Source: a virus
Lineage: Duplodnaviria > Caudoviricetes
DNA: 46,151 bases
Virus record (IMG/VR): IMGVR_UViG_3300005538_000215
Coordinates: 1-46,151 of that record
Reading direction: 5' to 3' (one strand)
A model generated the notes under the pieces. The model saw nothing but the letters and a program-made list of their open reading frames with translations. It did not search any database and was not told the origin of the DNA. Below are positions 35,638 to 44,738 of the stretch, piece by piece (positions within the stretch are counted from its first letter, which is position 1; each line of letters opens with the position of its first letter). Both the position numbers and the translations under genes were made by a program.

Positions 35638-38492
35638 AGCTGCGAAATCCTTTGCTTGCTGGCGCTTTGCTGGCCGTGTGGGTGGGCGCGGCGGCGCTGA
35701 CGGCAACCGAATCCACAAGCCTGTTCGCCTTCACACCCTACACGCTGGCGCGCGCGCCGAAATGCACGGTTCGTTCGACCACCACTGGGGCGTCCTGCCC
35801 CGACGCCACGACAGCGCTCAACAACGCGGCGAACACGGCCGTTTCACTGGGCGTCACCCTCACCATCGATGGCATGTACGCCGTTGCGCAATCGCCGGGA
35901 TTTGCCATTCCCTCCGGCCTTACCGTGGAATTCCGTCCCGGCGCCTGTATCGTCCAGCAATTCACGCCTGGGAATACGAACGGCGTCATCGGCAACGCGA
36001 ACTATACCGTCCAGGTCAGCAACGTCACCGCGTACAACATGCGGGTGTGCGGCGATCCAAGTCATAGTCTTGGAGGAAGCGCCTACCGGCTGAACGTTGC
36101 AAATTCCGTGTTCTTCTACCCGACTGTAGATCATACTGGCGCGCCAACAGGCGGCCGCGCATACACGATTGTCGCGCAGAATTCGCAGTTCATATTCCCG
36201 ACCTTCTATGATCCGTATCCCAAGACAGGGAACGGAGCTTTCCGTTTCGAGGGATGCACCGACAGCCAGGTCATCGGCGGCTATGGCGTTTCCGGCGACG
36301 GGACATGGCAGTTCTCGCCTCCGATCAACGGCACCGTCCCGAATCAAAGTATTGTTCGCTGCTATTTCGACAATGTAGGAGGCGAATCCCTGGACGGCGA
36401 ATTTTTCTCCGCCCAGCTGCACATCGAAGGCGCCAGCGAAAACCAGCTCGGCAGCCTCTGGCCGACCAATACCGCTGGCGTGAGCACGGGATACACCGCC
36501 AACACAGTTCACGATTGCGACCATTCCATCAGCGGCACGGTCACGCCGTGTCAGATCGAAGTCCTTCAGGTCAGCGGCGGGGCGATCACGCAGGCGGCTG
36601 TGGTCACGCCCGGGGCATACACCTTCGGCGGCTCGCTGCCGAGCACTATGCATCTGGACGGCGACAGCAGTGCAACGTTCAATGTCCAGTGGGTCAATGC
36701 GTGGCAGGGAACGAACTGCATCATCGATTCAGGGATTAGCGGCGCGCCGGGGCAGGCAATCTCGGGGCGCGGACTTGCGATCGGCAACGAAGGTTCGAAC
36801 GGCGCGCAATGCCTCGGTCGCCCCGCGATCGACGGGTTGACCATCGCCAACCTGACCATCGACGATTCGCAGGACCAGCAATCGTCGCAGGTGATTTCAA
36901 TCAGTGCCTCGGATTACGCGCATCCGATCGGCAAGGTCACGTTCAACAGCATCAGCGTTCCCGACCCGTTCAGCGCCTGCGTCGATATCTCCGGGCCGGT
37001 GGCGGGAGCCATATTCAACGATCTTTCCTGCGGCAGGTCGCATCAGGGGCTGGTCGGTTATCTGTCCGCCACGGCAGCACCGAACGCAACGAGCGCGACA
37101 CTGGCGGCCGGGCCGTGCAATCTCATCAAGAGCGGCGATATCGTCGGCATCCTGCTCGACAACGACTACCAGGCCAACGGGGCCAATGCGAATAAGGTCC
37201 AGAACGTAACACCGAGCTCGAATTGCTCGGCCGGGTCGATTTCTCTCGGCACCGGCCTTCTCGGCCGCGCCTCGGCGGGGCTGGCTGCCGTCTATGACTA
37301 CAGCGAACAGGTGTACAATCTGACCGCTGCCGCAAGCGGTTCTCCCGCCACGATCACGCTGCAAGCGGTCGGGCAGGTCAACGCGACGGATCAGTACATC
37401 CTTGTCTGCAATGACGGCACCTCCGTTTCCGGATCGGTCGCCAGCGTCAACAAGACCACCAACCAGGTCACGCTCGCCAACGCGTGTACGAGCGGGGCGA
37501 ATGCCGGCAATCAGTTTGCGGACCGCACTGTCAACAGCGCCCATGCCGTCGTGACGACCGAGGGCGTCCGCGGCGCCACGTTCAATGATTTCATCGGCTA
37601 TGGGGCCGATGCGTCGATCTTTTCGCTCGGCGGGCTGAATGGCTCTCCAGTCCCGAGCTCCGACGTCATCATCAACAACCCGACGCTGCGCGATGTCGCG
37701 AACGCATCCACGGGAATCAACTATTCCAATTGCGCGCATTGCCCGTGGACCGGCGGGACGATTTACGCCACGGCCGGGTCCGCCGGGACGAACGCCGCCT
37801 CCTATTCGACGACAATTCCCACAGGAACGGACAATCTTGCGGTTGCCATGACCGCCATGGCGGGCAACAGTACGATCCAGACCGAAAATCCCGGCCTGTT
37901 CGCCTACGCCAAGCCGTTCTATGCCAAAATCGATTCGGAGATCGTGTACGTCCAGAGAGGCATGGGTACGCCGAACTGGACGGTCAATCGCGCCTTGCTC
38001 GGCACGTCCCTGTCTTCGCATTCCGTAGGCGCCGCCATCACGATTGCACAATCAGGCGTGACGGACAGCCCCATGGCGCTCGTCGACGTCGGCGACCTCG
38101 GCTATACGGATCCTGCCAACGCCATCGGCCATTATCAGCCCGGGCAGGGGAACGATCCGCAATCGCTGCTCGGCGTCAACTGGCAGCGCACCGGCATCAA
38201 CCAGGGCTCGTCTTCCGGCACGGTCGCCTTCACCGATGAATTCCCGCAGATCAACTGGACCGGAACCGGCGCGATCACGGGCGTGACGTTCTCGACCTCC
38301 ATGCCGCCCTTCAAGACGAATTGCCAGCGCTGGTACAACAAGAACAACACCGGCACCGTGGCGATTTCGAACGGCACCGGAATCCACAATACCGGCGCAT
38401 CCTCCTTCAACCTGACGCAAGGCGGCTACGCCGGCTACTGCCTCGATCCGACGCTGCAGGCCCTCTACCAGGAATTCGGCAGCGCGAACTAG
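35634..38492 (+). CDS. Tail-spike/depolymerase-like beta-helix protein with signal peptide
   Basis: DATTALNNAAN...LTIDGMY pectate-lyase-3-like start; beta-rich; N-terminus MKLRNPLLAGALLAVWVGAAALTA; 20 Cys counted. Confidence 0.8.
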   Translation: MKLRNPLLAGALLAVWVGAAALTATESTSLFAFTPYTLARAPKCTVRSTTTGASCPDATTALNNAANTAVSLGVTLTIDGMYAVAQSPGFAIPSGLTVEFRPGACIVQQFTPGNTNGVIGNANYTVQVSNVTAYNMRVCGDPSHSLGGSAYRLNVANSVFFYPTVDHTGAPTGGRAYTIVAQNSQFIFPTFYDPYPKTGNGAFRFEGCTDSQVIGGYGVSGDGTWQFSPPINGTVPNQSIVRCYFDNVGGESLDGEFFSAQLHIEGASENQLGSLWPTNTAGVSTGYTANTVHDCDHSISGTVTPCQIEVLQVSGGAITQAAVVTPGAYTFGGSLPSTMHLDGDSSATFNVQWVNAWQGTNCIIDSGISGAPGQAISGRGLAIGNEGSNGAQCLGRPAIDGLTIANLTIDDSQDQQSSQVISISASDYAHPIGKVTFNSISVPDPFSACVDISGPVAGAIFNDLSCGRSHQGLVGYLSATAAPNATSATLAAGPCNLIKSGDIVGILLDNDYQANGANANKVQNVTPSSNCSAGSISLGTGLLGRASAGLAAVYDYSEQVYNLTAAASGSPATITLQAVGQVNATDQYILVCNDGTSVSGSVASVNKTTNQVTLANACTSGANAGNQFADRTVNSAHAVVTTEGVRGATFNDFIGYGADASIFSLGGLNGSPVPSSDVIINNPTLRDVANASTGINYSNCAHCPWTGGTIYATAGSAGTNAASYSTTIPTGTDNLAVAMTAMAGNSTIQTENPGLFAYAKPFYAKIDSEIVYVQRGMGTPNWTVNRALLGTSLSSHSVGAAITIAQSGVTDSPMALVDVGDLGYTDPANAIGHYQPGQGNDPQSLLGVNWQRTGINQGSSSGTVAFTDEFPQINWTGTGAITGVTFSTSMPPFKTNCQRWYNKNNTGTVAISNGTGIHNTGASSFNLTQGGYAGYCLDPTLQALYQEFGSAN

Positions 38493-38527
38493 CGCTGAAT
38501 CTCACCCTTCCCACGGAGTATCCCCGC

Positions 38528-39175
38528 ATGAAACGCTGGTTTCTCGCCGCGCTCTTTTGCCTTGTGCCGTTCGGTGCAATGGCACAAACGACAAAGGCGC
38601 AATACACCAACGGCGACGGCTCGACTTCGCCCGGGGTGACGATCTCATGCCCCGATCCGAACAATGCAGGAAAGACAATCGCCTGTCCCGGCTCCGGCGG
38701 CACCGTCACGGCCAATCAGGGGAATCCGAATGCGGGGGGCGTGCTGTCGTGGCCCATGATGCTGTTTGACAGCATCGGCAACGCGATTTCGTCCACAATC
38801 GTCAACAGCCTTAATTCCCTGAACGTGAACATCAGCGGCGTCAATGGCGTTGTTGTGGACCCCACCCAGCCGTCGCGTGTGTACGATTCCTATACCGGCG
38901 TAAATCTGAACGCGAATGCGACGACGGTCATCTACACAGGAACCGGGACACTCGAAACGGTCTGCATCAACAAGAAAGGTGCATCGGCCAACACGCTGCA
39001 ATTCTTCGACAACACGGCGGGCAGCGGCACGACGATTACGGGCCAGATTGACACGACGGCCGGAACGCCTCCGTTTTGCGCGAAATACAGCTATCAGTTC
39101 AATACCGGACTAACGGCCGTGATGGCGACTGGAACTGCGGCTGACGTTTCCATAACGTACATCACAAAGCAATGA
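38528..39175 (+). CDS. Signal-peptide-bearing beta-rich structural-like protein
   Basis: GGAG RBS; MKRWFLAALFCLVPFGAMA; C-terminal GTLETVCIN...FFDNTAGSG...FNTGL domain. Confidence 0.8.
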   Translation: MKRWFLAALFCLVPFGAMAQTTKAQYTNGDGSTSPGVTISCPDPNNAGKTIACPGSGGTVTANQGNPNAGGVLSWPMMLFDSIGNAISSTIVNSLNSLNVNISGVNGVVVDPTQPSRVYDSYTGVNLNANATTVIYTGTGTLETVCINKKGASANTLQFFDNTAGSGTTITGQIDTTAGTPPFCAKYSYQFNTGLTAVMATGTAADVSITYITKQ

Positions 39176-40032
39176 TGCGGCCCATTCGCCTCGCAGCCTT
39201 AACGGCGGCTTTGTGCGTATGCTCTACGCTCGTCTTGGCGGGTCAGTTGCGCCCCTACCACGAAGGCTGGACGCCATATCAGCTTTCCCCGTCCGCATGG
39301 TGGAGCGCGCGCGATTACACCTACCGGATGACCGACGATGGCGGCGGACTGATTTCCAGCTGGAGGGGCAGGATTGCCGGGCTCGCCGTCACGGCCACCA
39401 CAACGGCTCGCGGAACGTGGAGCAACACGGCTTTCCCCGGAGGCTTCCCGGGCATCACGTTTGACGGCGCAGCAAATACCTACGTCGCCACAACGCTGAC
39501 GACGCTTCCGACCGGATCGGCGGCGGGAGCGATCATGATGGTCGCGTACTCCGCCATCTCAAGCGGGGCCACAGCGATTGAGTACGGCGGCACACAAAAC
39601 GGCACAGCGATAGATCGAAAGCTCGCCCTTTCGAGCGTCGGCAAATCGTTCGCGACGGACGGCGCAACAAACACGCAAGTCAGCAATACCGCGCTCGCGA
39701 GCGGCGACGGCGGCCACATCATCTATGGTGATTGGTCCGGTACGTCCATGAATGCCTATCTCGACGGAACGCCAAACCCGTCGATCCCGACCACTATTGC
39801 AACGCTTGCGACAGGTACGGCGCGCATCCGCATAGGCGCCAACAACGGCGGTTCCGCGAGTGGCTTCTGGAGCGGCGTCATTTCCGAAGTGATTATCCTC
39901 CCCACCATTCCCACAACCGACCAGCGTCAGCGCCTGGAAGCGTACTTCGCATGGGAGTACGGCCTTCGCAGCAAACTCCCTCTCACCAACCCCTATTGCA
40001 ACATCACACGTTGCTACCAGCCCGCACGATGA
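39172..40032 (+). CDS. LamG/concanavalin-A-like lectin with signal peptide
   Basis: AWWSA, ISSW, PGITFDG, IRIGA...WSGVISEVII...RQRLEAYFAWEYG. Confidence 0.8.
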   Translation: MMRPIRLAALTAALCVCSTLVLAGQLRPYHEGWTPYQLSPSAWWSARDYTYRMTDDGGGLISSWRGRIAGLAVTATTTARGTWSNTAFPGGFPGITFDGAANTYVATTLTTLPTGSAAGAIMMVAYSAISSGATAIEYGGTQNGTAIDRKLALSSVGKSFATDGATNTQVSNTALASGDGGHIIYGDWSGTSMNAYLDGTPNPSIPTTIATLATGTARIRIGANNGGSASGFWSGVISEVIILPTIPTTDQRQRLEAYFAWEYGLRSKLPLTNPYCNITRCYQPAR

Positions 40033-41354
40033 AAAAATATCTGCTCGCCCTTTTGCTTCTCGCGCCAGTTGCGGCTCATGCCGCAGGATGGTCGTTTTTC
40101 GGGCAGAAAAACACGCCGTCTTGTTGTGCGGTCACGGTCGTCGGGACAAGCGAGCGCATCCCCGAATACACGCACCAGATGACGGGCACCGACCAGCACA
40201 TGACGTGCGGCTGGCCGACCTATCTGCCTCATGCGACATCGGAACTGACCGCGAGCTTCTACAATTTCTACGTTGGGACCCAGTCACCTACCGGGCAGAC
40301 AATCCGCATCGTGCAGGCTAACATCATCGGGGGCGGCACCACTTCCGGCACCGGAACGGCGTATGTGCCTTGGACATTTGGCGGCTCGCGCTCCGTGTCC
40401 ATGGCATGGAACGCCGCCGACGTACACACCGATACGATTTATCCGTATCAGATGGGCCTTACAGGCGGCGTGTTCCCGGCTGGGCTGTACTGGCTGCGAA
40501 CAGTCATTGACGTTGGGCAGGTCGGGGGCGTGCTGCCAACCGGTTACTACATGTCTGCAAGCGGAGAATTTTCGTACACCTACGATCCGAACTCAGTGGC
40601 CGATCCCGCCATCGACACGACGGCGGCTCTCAACAATACCGCAGGAATGCACTTCTTCGGCTACTGTTACGCGCCTGTTCTTCTCGGGCGGTTTACGGCG
40701 GCGCAGAGCGTTTACGCCATTCTTGGTGATAGTTGGACCACCGGGACAGGCGATGTTCCGCCTACGGCTCCGACCTATGCGTACAGCTTCCCCCAGCGGG
40801 GGATGTTCGACAACAGCAATAATCCGTTTTATGCCAGTCTCGACATGGGAGTTGGAGGGCAAGACGGCGCTACCTTTCTGTTGAACACGCCGCAGATGAT
40901 CGCGCGCCGCGCTTACCTGAGGTACGAAAACAAGGGGTTTGAAGAGTACGGGATCGTCTGCATTCTCAACGGCTGCACACTCGCCAGCCTGGAATCAACA
41001 GAACTTCAAATTTGGGCCACCATGCGTTCGGCAGGAATAACCTGCATTACGCGAAGCCGCACCGGGCCACGTACACATTCAACAAACAATTGGGACGACG
41101 AGACCAACCAAACCTATTGGAACTCGAACTTCGGTCCCGGTGGAGAAGTCTCCCAATACGATACGTGGCTGGTGAGTCAGCTGGGACAACCGACCGGAGT
41201 TAACTCGTTAATGGCCACGACGCCATTTCAAGGCGTCGATCCATTCAAGTGGATCACGAACGGTACAGACTTCTACGGCACGCCGGACGGCGAGCATCCG
41301 AGTCTGACAACGGCGCTTGGTATCGGGCCGACGTTTCAAGCGGCTTTGTGCTGA
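40029..41354 (+). CDS. SGNH/GDSL hydrolase-like protein with signal peptide
   Basis: MKKYLLALLLLAPVAAHA; ILGDSW, GVGG, DGEHP. Confidence 0.85.
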   Translation: MKKYLLALLLLAPVAAHAAGWSFFGQKNTPSCCAVTVVGTSERIPEYTHQMTGTDQHMTCGWPTYLPHATSELTASFYNFYVGTQSPTGQTIRIVQANIIGGGTTSGTGTAYVPWTFGGSRSVSMAWNAADVHTDTIYPYQMGLTGGVFPAGLYWLRTVIDVGQVGGVLPTGYYMSASGEFSYTYDPNSVADPAIDTTAALNNTAGMHFFGYCYAPVLLGRFTAAQSVYAILGDSWTTGTGDVPPTAPTYAYSFPQRGMFDNSNNPFYASLDMGVGGQDGATFLLNTPQMIARRAYLRYENKGFEEYGIVCILNGCTLASLESTELQIWATMRSAGITCITRSRTGPRTHSTNNWDDETNQTYWNSNFGPGGEVSQYDTWLVSQLGQPTGVNSLMATTPFQGVDPFKWITNGTDFYGTPDGEHPSLTTALGIGPTFQAALC

Positions 41355-41372
41355 CTATGGCGACTACAATCT

Positions 41373-41822
41373 TTAATCGCCGCCGAAGAAATAGCGCCGG
41401 TAAGCCGTAATCCAATCGTGTGACATAGCCTGCTGCGCATCGTGCAGCAGAAGCCGATGATCACAGACCATCTTGTGCAGATGGTTTTCGAGCCGATCTT
41501 TTGTTCCTGCACCCCAAGGTGCTGAACGCGGTTCCGGCCATAGATTGCGCGGATCGTGTGGCGAACCGCCGATCTCTAGCGGGATCAGGTGATCTTCTTC
41601 GAAGTCTCGCATGTGATCGGCCATGTCAGTGCGCGCCATCTGTCGATGCTTTAAGGCCGATGTGTAGTGCGATGGCGGCCTGACACTCTTCGCGTAGCCC
41701 TTTACGCAAATTGTACGATCAATGTTTTCCTGCGTAACTGCCGGATCAATTGCGCCTGGGGTGATTGCTGCATCGGGCAATCGTCCTGCCAAAGATGCAG
41801 CAAATAGCAGCGCAATAATCAT
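41373..41822 (-). CDS. Reverse-oriented, probably exported HNH-like protein
   Basis: AGGGGG RBS; MIIALLFAASLAG; EEDHLIPLEIGGS...NLWPEP...KDRLEN. Confidence 0.8.
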   Translation of the reverse strand: MIIALLFAASLAGRLPDAAITPGAIDPAVTQENIDRTICVKGYAKSVRPPSHYTSALKHRQMARTDMADHMRDFEEDHLIPLEIGGSPHDPRNLWPEPRSAPWGAGTKDRLENHLHKMVCDHRLLLHDAQQAMSHDWITAYRRYFFGGD

Positions 41823-41862
41823 CCCCCTTTCCTCCCACAATCCCCCTTACCGGGCAAGACGG

Positions 41863-42420
41863 ATGGCCGGAATGATCGATTGGAACTTCATCCGCTCGCT
41901 CGAAAACGCCCACGGCGTCGATGCCTTGAAGGGCTACGTCCCCAATTCCGGCAAGAGCGGGGTAACGATAGCGACGGGCTGCGATCTGGGCTGGATCACG
42001 CCCCGGGCCATGGCGCAGCTTCCGATCACGCTGCAGGCCGCGTTGAAGCCCTATATAGGCGCAGTCGGCCAGGTAGCGGAAGCCGTGCTTGCCCGCGCTC
42101 CGCTAACGATATCCGAACCCGATGCCGATGCCATCGACCGGGTGACATTCGGGGATGATACCGCAGCGATCTCAAGCGCCTACACGCGGGATTCGGGAAC
42201 GTCGTTTCTTTCGCTTCCGGATCGCGCGCAGACGGTGATCTGTTCGCTCGCTTTTCAATACGGGACCAACCTCGCGCGCAGGACCCCGCGCTTCTGGCAT
42301 TTCGTTTGCGTGCGCGACTGGAACGAAACGGTCGATGACCTCCGCCATTTCGGCGATGCGTACGACACCCGCCACAACAGGGAAGCCGATTACCTAGCGC
42401 CGCTGTGTGGGGGACACTGA
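41863..42420 (+). CDS. Endolysin, pesticin-type muramidase
   Basis: IDWNFIRSLE, GYVP..GKSGVTIATGCDLG, QTVICSLAFQYG, TPRFW, READYL. Confidence 0.85.
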   Translation: MAGMIDWNFIRSLENAHGVDALKGYVPNSGKSGVTIATGCDLGWITPRAMAQLPITLQAALKPYIGAVGQVAEAVLARAPLTISEPDADAIDRVTFGDDTAAISSAYTRDSGTSFLSLPDRAQTVICSLAFQYGTNLARRTPRFWHFVCVRDWNETVDDLRHFGDAYDTRHNREADYLAPLCGGH

Positions 42421-42436
42421 AGGGAAGTTTTGCCGA

Positions 42437-42682
42437 ATGTCGAAGAAATTAACGCCATCACAAAAGCTGGCGGCAATCTCGCGCATCTATGAGACGCGCC
42501 GCAAGGTGAAGGTACAAGGTCACACGCTCACAGAAAGCACGCACGCCTATTATAACCTTGAAGGCGCGATCATTGACATCACGGTTAGCAAGGGAAAGTG
42601 CGACCGCGTTTGCTTGAAAACGCTAAAGCGTGTTGCCAAGCAGCTAGCAGAAATTGGCAAGGTTCTCGAAGACCGCGCCTGA
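42437..42682 (+). CDS. Basic hypothetical protein
   Basis: AGGGA RBS; ORF after endolysin. Confidence 0.55.
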   Translation: MSKKLTPSQKLAAISRIYETRRKVKVQGHTLTESTHAYYNLEGAIIDITVSKGKCDRVCLKTLKRVAKQLAEIGKVLEDRA

Positions 42683-42683
42683 C

Positions 42684-42854
42684 ATGCGTATCCTCGTTCT
42701 CGCCCTTCTGGCGCTGAATTGCTGTGCAAATGTGAGGCCGGAAGCCGGACTGTGCGATGTACCGGCGCTATTGCCGATGCGATCCGTGCCTGCCCCTGTA
42801 CCATGGCACATAACGGACGGATGCTGGTTTGTCGGGATAACGGCGAAGGTGTGA
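42684..42854 (+). CDS. Small lipoprotein-like protein (possible o-spanin)
   Basis: MRILVLALLALNCC lipobox-like; Pro-rich. Confidence 0.4.
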   Translation: MRILVLALLALNCCANVRPEAGLCDVPALLPMRSVPAPVPWHITDGCWFVGITAKV

Positions 42855-43091
42855 GGACTGTTGCGGCGGTTGCCCCCTGGTTCTCAAATCAGGACACCCG
42901 ACCGCCCTACAGTCTGGCGCACCCGCAGTGGCGCGCCGCCGGACGCTGAGTGGCAGAAGTGAGGGCCTGAGCCGCCCGACGCGCCCCTGACATACCACAC
43001 GGCCCCTGAAACTCAACGCCATTCCGCGCCCCTCGCGCGTGATCCGCCGCCGGACGGAATCCGGCAAACCCCGCATGAAAGGAGAATCCTC

Positions 43092-43316
43092 ATGCACGTC
43101 GATAGCACTTCGGATAAGCGCACCGTCAATAACACCATGCGCCATCAGTACCGCGTCTTGAATGACGCGGAGAAGGCCAACATGGAGAAGATCAAAGACT
43201 TGGGGCTCGCATTCCACGATTTCATCGAAGGAATTGGCCAGAGCCGCGAAATCTCGCTCGCAAAGACCAAGATTGAGGAAGCGGTCATGTGGGCCGTGAA
43301 GCATATCACGAAATGA
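43092..43316 (+). CDS. Acb2/Tad1-like helical sponge protein
   Basis: AAGGAG RBS; YRVLNDAEKANMEKIKDLG and SREISLAKTKIEEAVMWAVKHIT. Confidence 0.72.
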   Translation: MHVDSTSDKRTVNNTMRHQYRVLNDAEKANMEKIKDLGLAFHDFIEGIGQSREISLAKTKIEEAVMWAVKHITK

Positions 43317-43582
43317 GCGCGTCGAGCCAGTGTCATCACCCTGATTTGCACTTCGATCTGCATCATCAGGGGTTTCACGACACGAACATTCATTATCTCG
43401 AAATCAAAGCGCGTTGTACGGTGTGCGGAGTGCCTATGAAGTTTCGCGGCTGTCCGCTAGGCGTCACGCCCGCACACCCGACAATGGCTTTGGACGGGTC
43501 AGAAATTCGAGTGCCGTTTACCGGCGAAAACGAAGAGTACGACGGGAAGTCCATTGGCTTTGTCGGAAAACAAGTAGCCTAG
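43313..43582 (+). CDS. His/Cys-rich hypothetical protein
   Basis: ATGA overlap; CHH...RCTVCG..MKF.G.PLG. Confidence 0.7.
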   Translation: MSASSQCHHPDLHFDLHHQGFHDTNIHYLEIKARCTVCGVPMKFRGCPLGVTPAHPTMALDGSEIRVPFTGENEEYDGKSIGFVGKQVA

Positions 43583-43649
43583 ATTAGCCGCGAACAACCC
43601 ATCGATGCGGCGATACCGCCGGCATCAAACCCCGCAATAGGAGCATACA

Positions 43650-43982
43650 ATGAGCATTCTCACCTATTTCGAAAGCCTCGGCGTCGACCTCGCTGCGGAA
43701 GCCGCGAAAGTCGGGATCGAACTCGAGCATCTTGGCCAGAAAGAGATTGGCACTGCCGTTGCCGATTTCGATTCGCTAGCCAAAGTCGGCATTCCCTTCG
43801 CCGTGCAGGCGATCAAGGATCAGATACCGCAGGTGATCTCCGGCAAGGAAAAGTTCTCTGCCGCCGTCACTGTGGTGTGGGAGAAATTGCAGGCGCAGTT
43901 CGGCCCGGTCGTCCAGCAGGACGTCGAATCCATCGTGCAGGATACCTGGAACGGGCTGAAGTCGATCGCGAGCAACCTCTAA
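43650..43982 (+). CDS. Lysis-region hypothetical protein (LL-H holin-like C-terminus)
   Basis: AGGAG RBS; SGKEKFSAAV...VESIVQ. Confidence 0.65.
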   Translation: MSILTYFESLGVDLAAEAAKVGIELEHLGQKEIGTAVADFDSLAKVGIPFAVQAIKDQIPQVISGKEKFSAAVTVVWEKLQAQFGPVVQQDVESIVQDTWNGLKSIASNL

Positions 43983-44113
43983 TCCCAACGGCTGGCCTAA
44001 CCAGCCCGACAGCGCGCGGGAGTTGTCCCCTAACCCCCTTCGGCTTCCGCGCGGACTGTCTATCAAGCAGCTTGGTCGACACTTTGTCGGTCGAGCCTCC
44101 CAAAGGTGTTGAA

Positions 44114-44614
44114 ATGCACAATGTCGATATCACGCCCATCTGGCAGATCGCAGACCAGACCATCGTTCAAGTCGCCACCGTGGCTATCCCGATTGTCGGG
44201 GCTTGGTTCGCTTGGCTGCTCCAACGCTATGCACCGAAATTCATCCCGGCATGGCTGGAATCGAAAGCGAGCGCCGATCTAAACACCGCCCTGCAAAACG
44301 GCGTCAGCATCGCGCTCAACAAGGCGCAGGCGTGGGAATCGGTTCATTCCAATGTGCAGGTGCAGGGCCAGGTAACCGCGTGGGCGGCGCAATATGCAGC
44401 CGATCATGCGGGGGATGCGATCGCACGCTTCGGCCTCTCGCCCGACCAGCTCGCGACAAAGGCGCTGGCCTTCATTCCAAAGCCGCCTGTTCCAGCGGCG
44501 CGCGTGACGTTGCCGGACGGAACGGCTGTCACCATCGGCAAGCCGTCGAATGTCGCCATTGCCGACGAAGCGGCCGAGACGGCGGCGCTCAACCGGCAGC
44601 AAGCCGCGAAGTGA
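44114..44614 (+). CDS. Holin-like protein with one N-terminal TM
   Basis: AAGGT RBS; VATVAIPIVGAWFAWLL; LNTALQNGV...AAQYAADHAGDAIARFGL. Confidence 0.6.
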   Translation: MHNVDITPIWQIADQTIVQVATVAIPIVGAWFAWLLQRYAPKFIPAWLESKASADLNTALQNGVSIALNKAQAWESVHSNVQVQGQVTAWAAQYAADHAGDAIARFGLSPDQLATKALAFIPKPPVPAARVTLPDGTAVTIGKPSNVAIADEAAETAALNRQQAAK

Positions 44615-44709
44615 CCCGCGAGCGCGCCCGTACCATCGCACGCACGGCATGGGCTGCAATCGTAATTCTAGGCTTTGGGGCGATAGGACTCGCCATTGCG
44701 TGTTCTTGA
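44611..44709 (+). CDS. 32-aa membrane peptide
   Basis: GTGA overlap; AWAAIVILGFGAIGLAIACS. Confidence 0.4.
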   Translation: MTRERARTIARTAWAAIVILGFGAIGLAIACS

Positions 44710-44738
44710 AACAACCCGTGTAAAAGTTGGGGAGAATA

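Noticed and set aside
42864-42950. tRNA-like element (CTGGTTCTCAAATCAG stem-loop)
   Set aside because: No T-loop GTTCRA, D-arm or acceptor stem with CCA; only generic hairpins.
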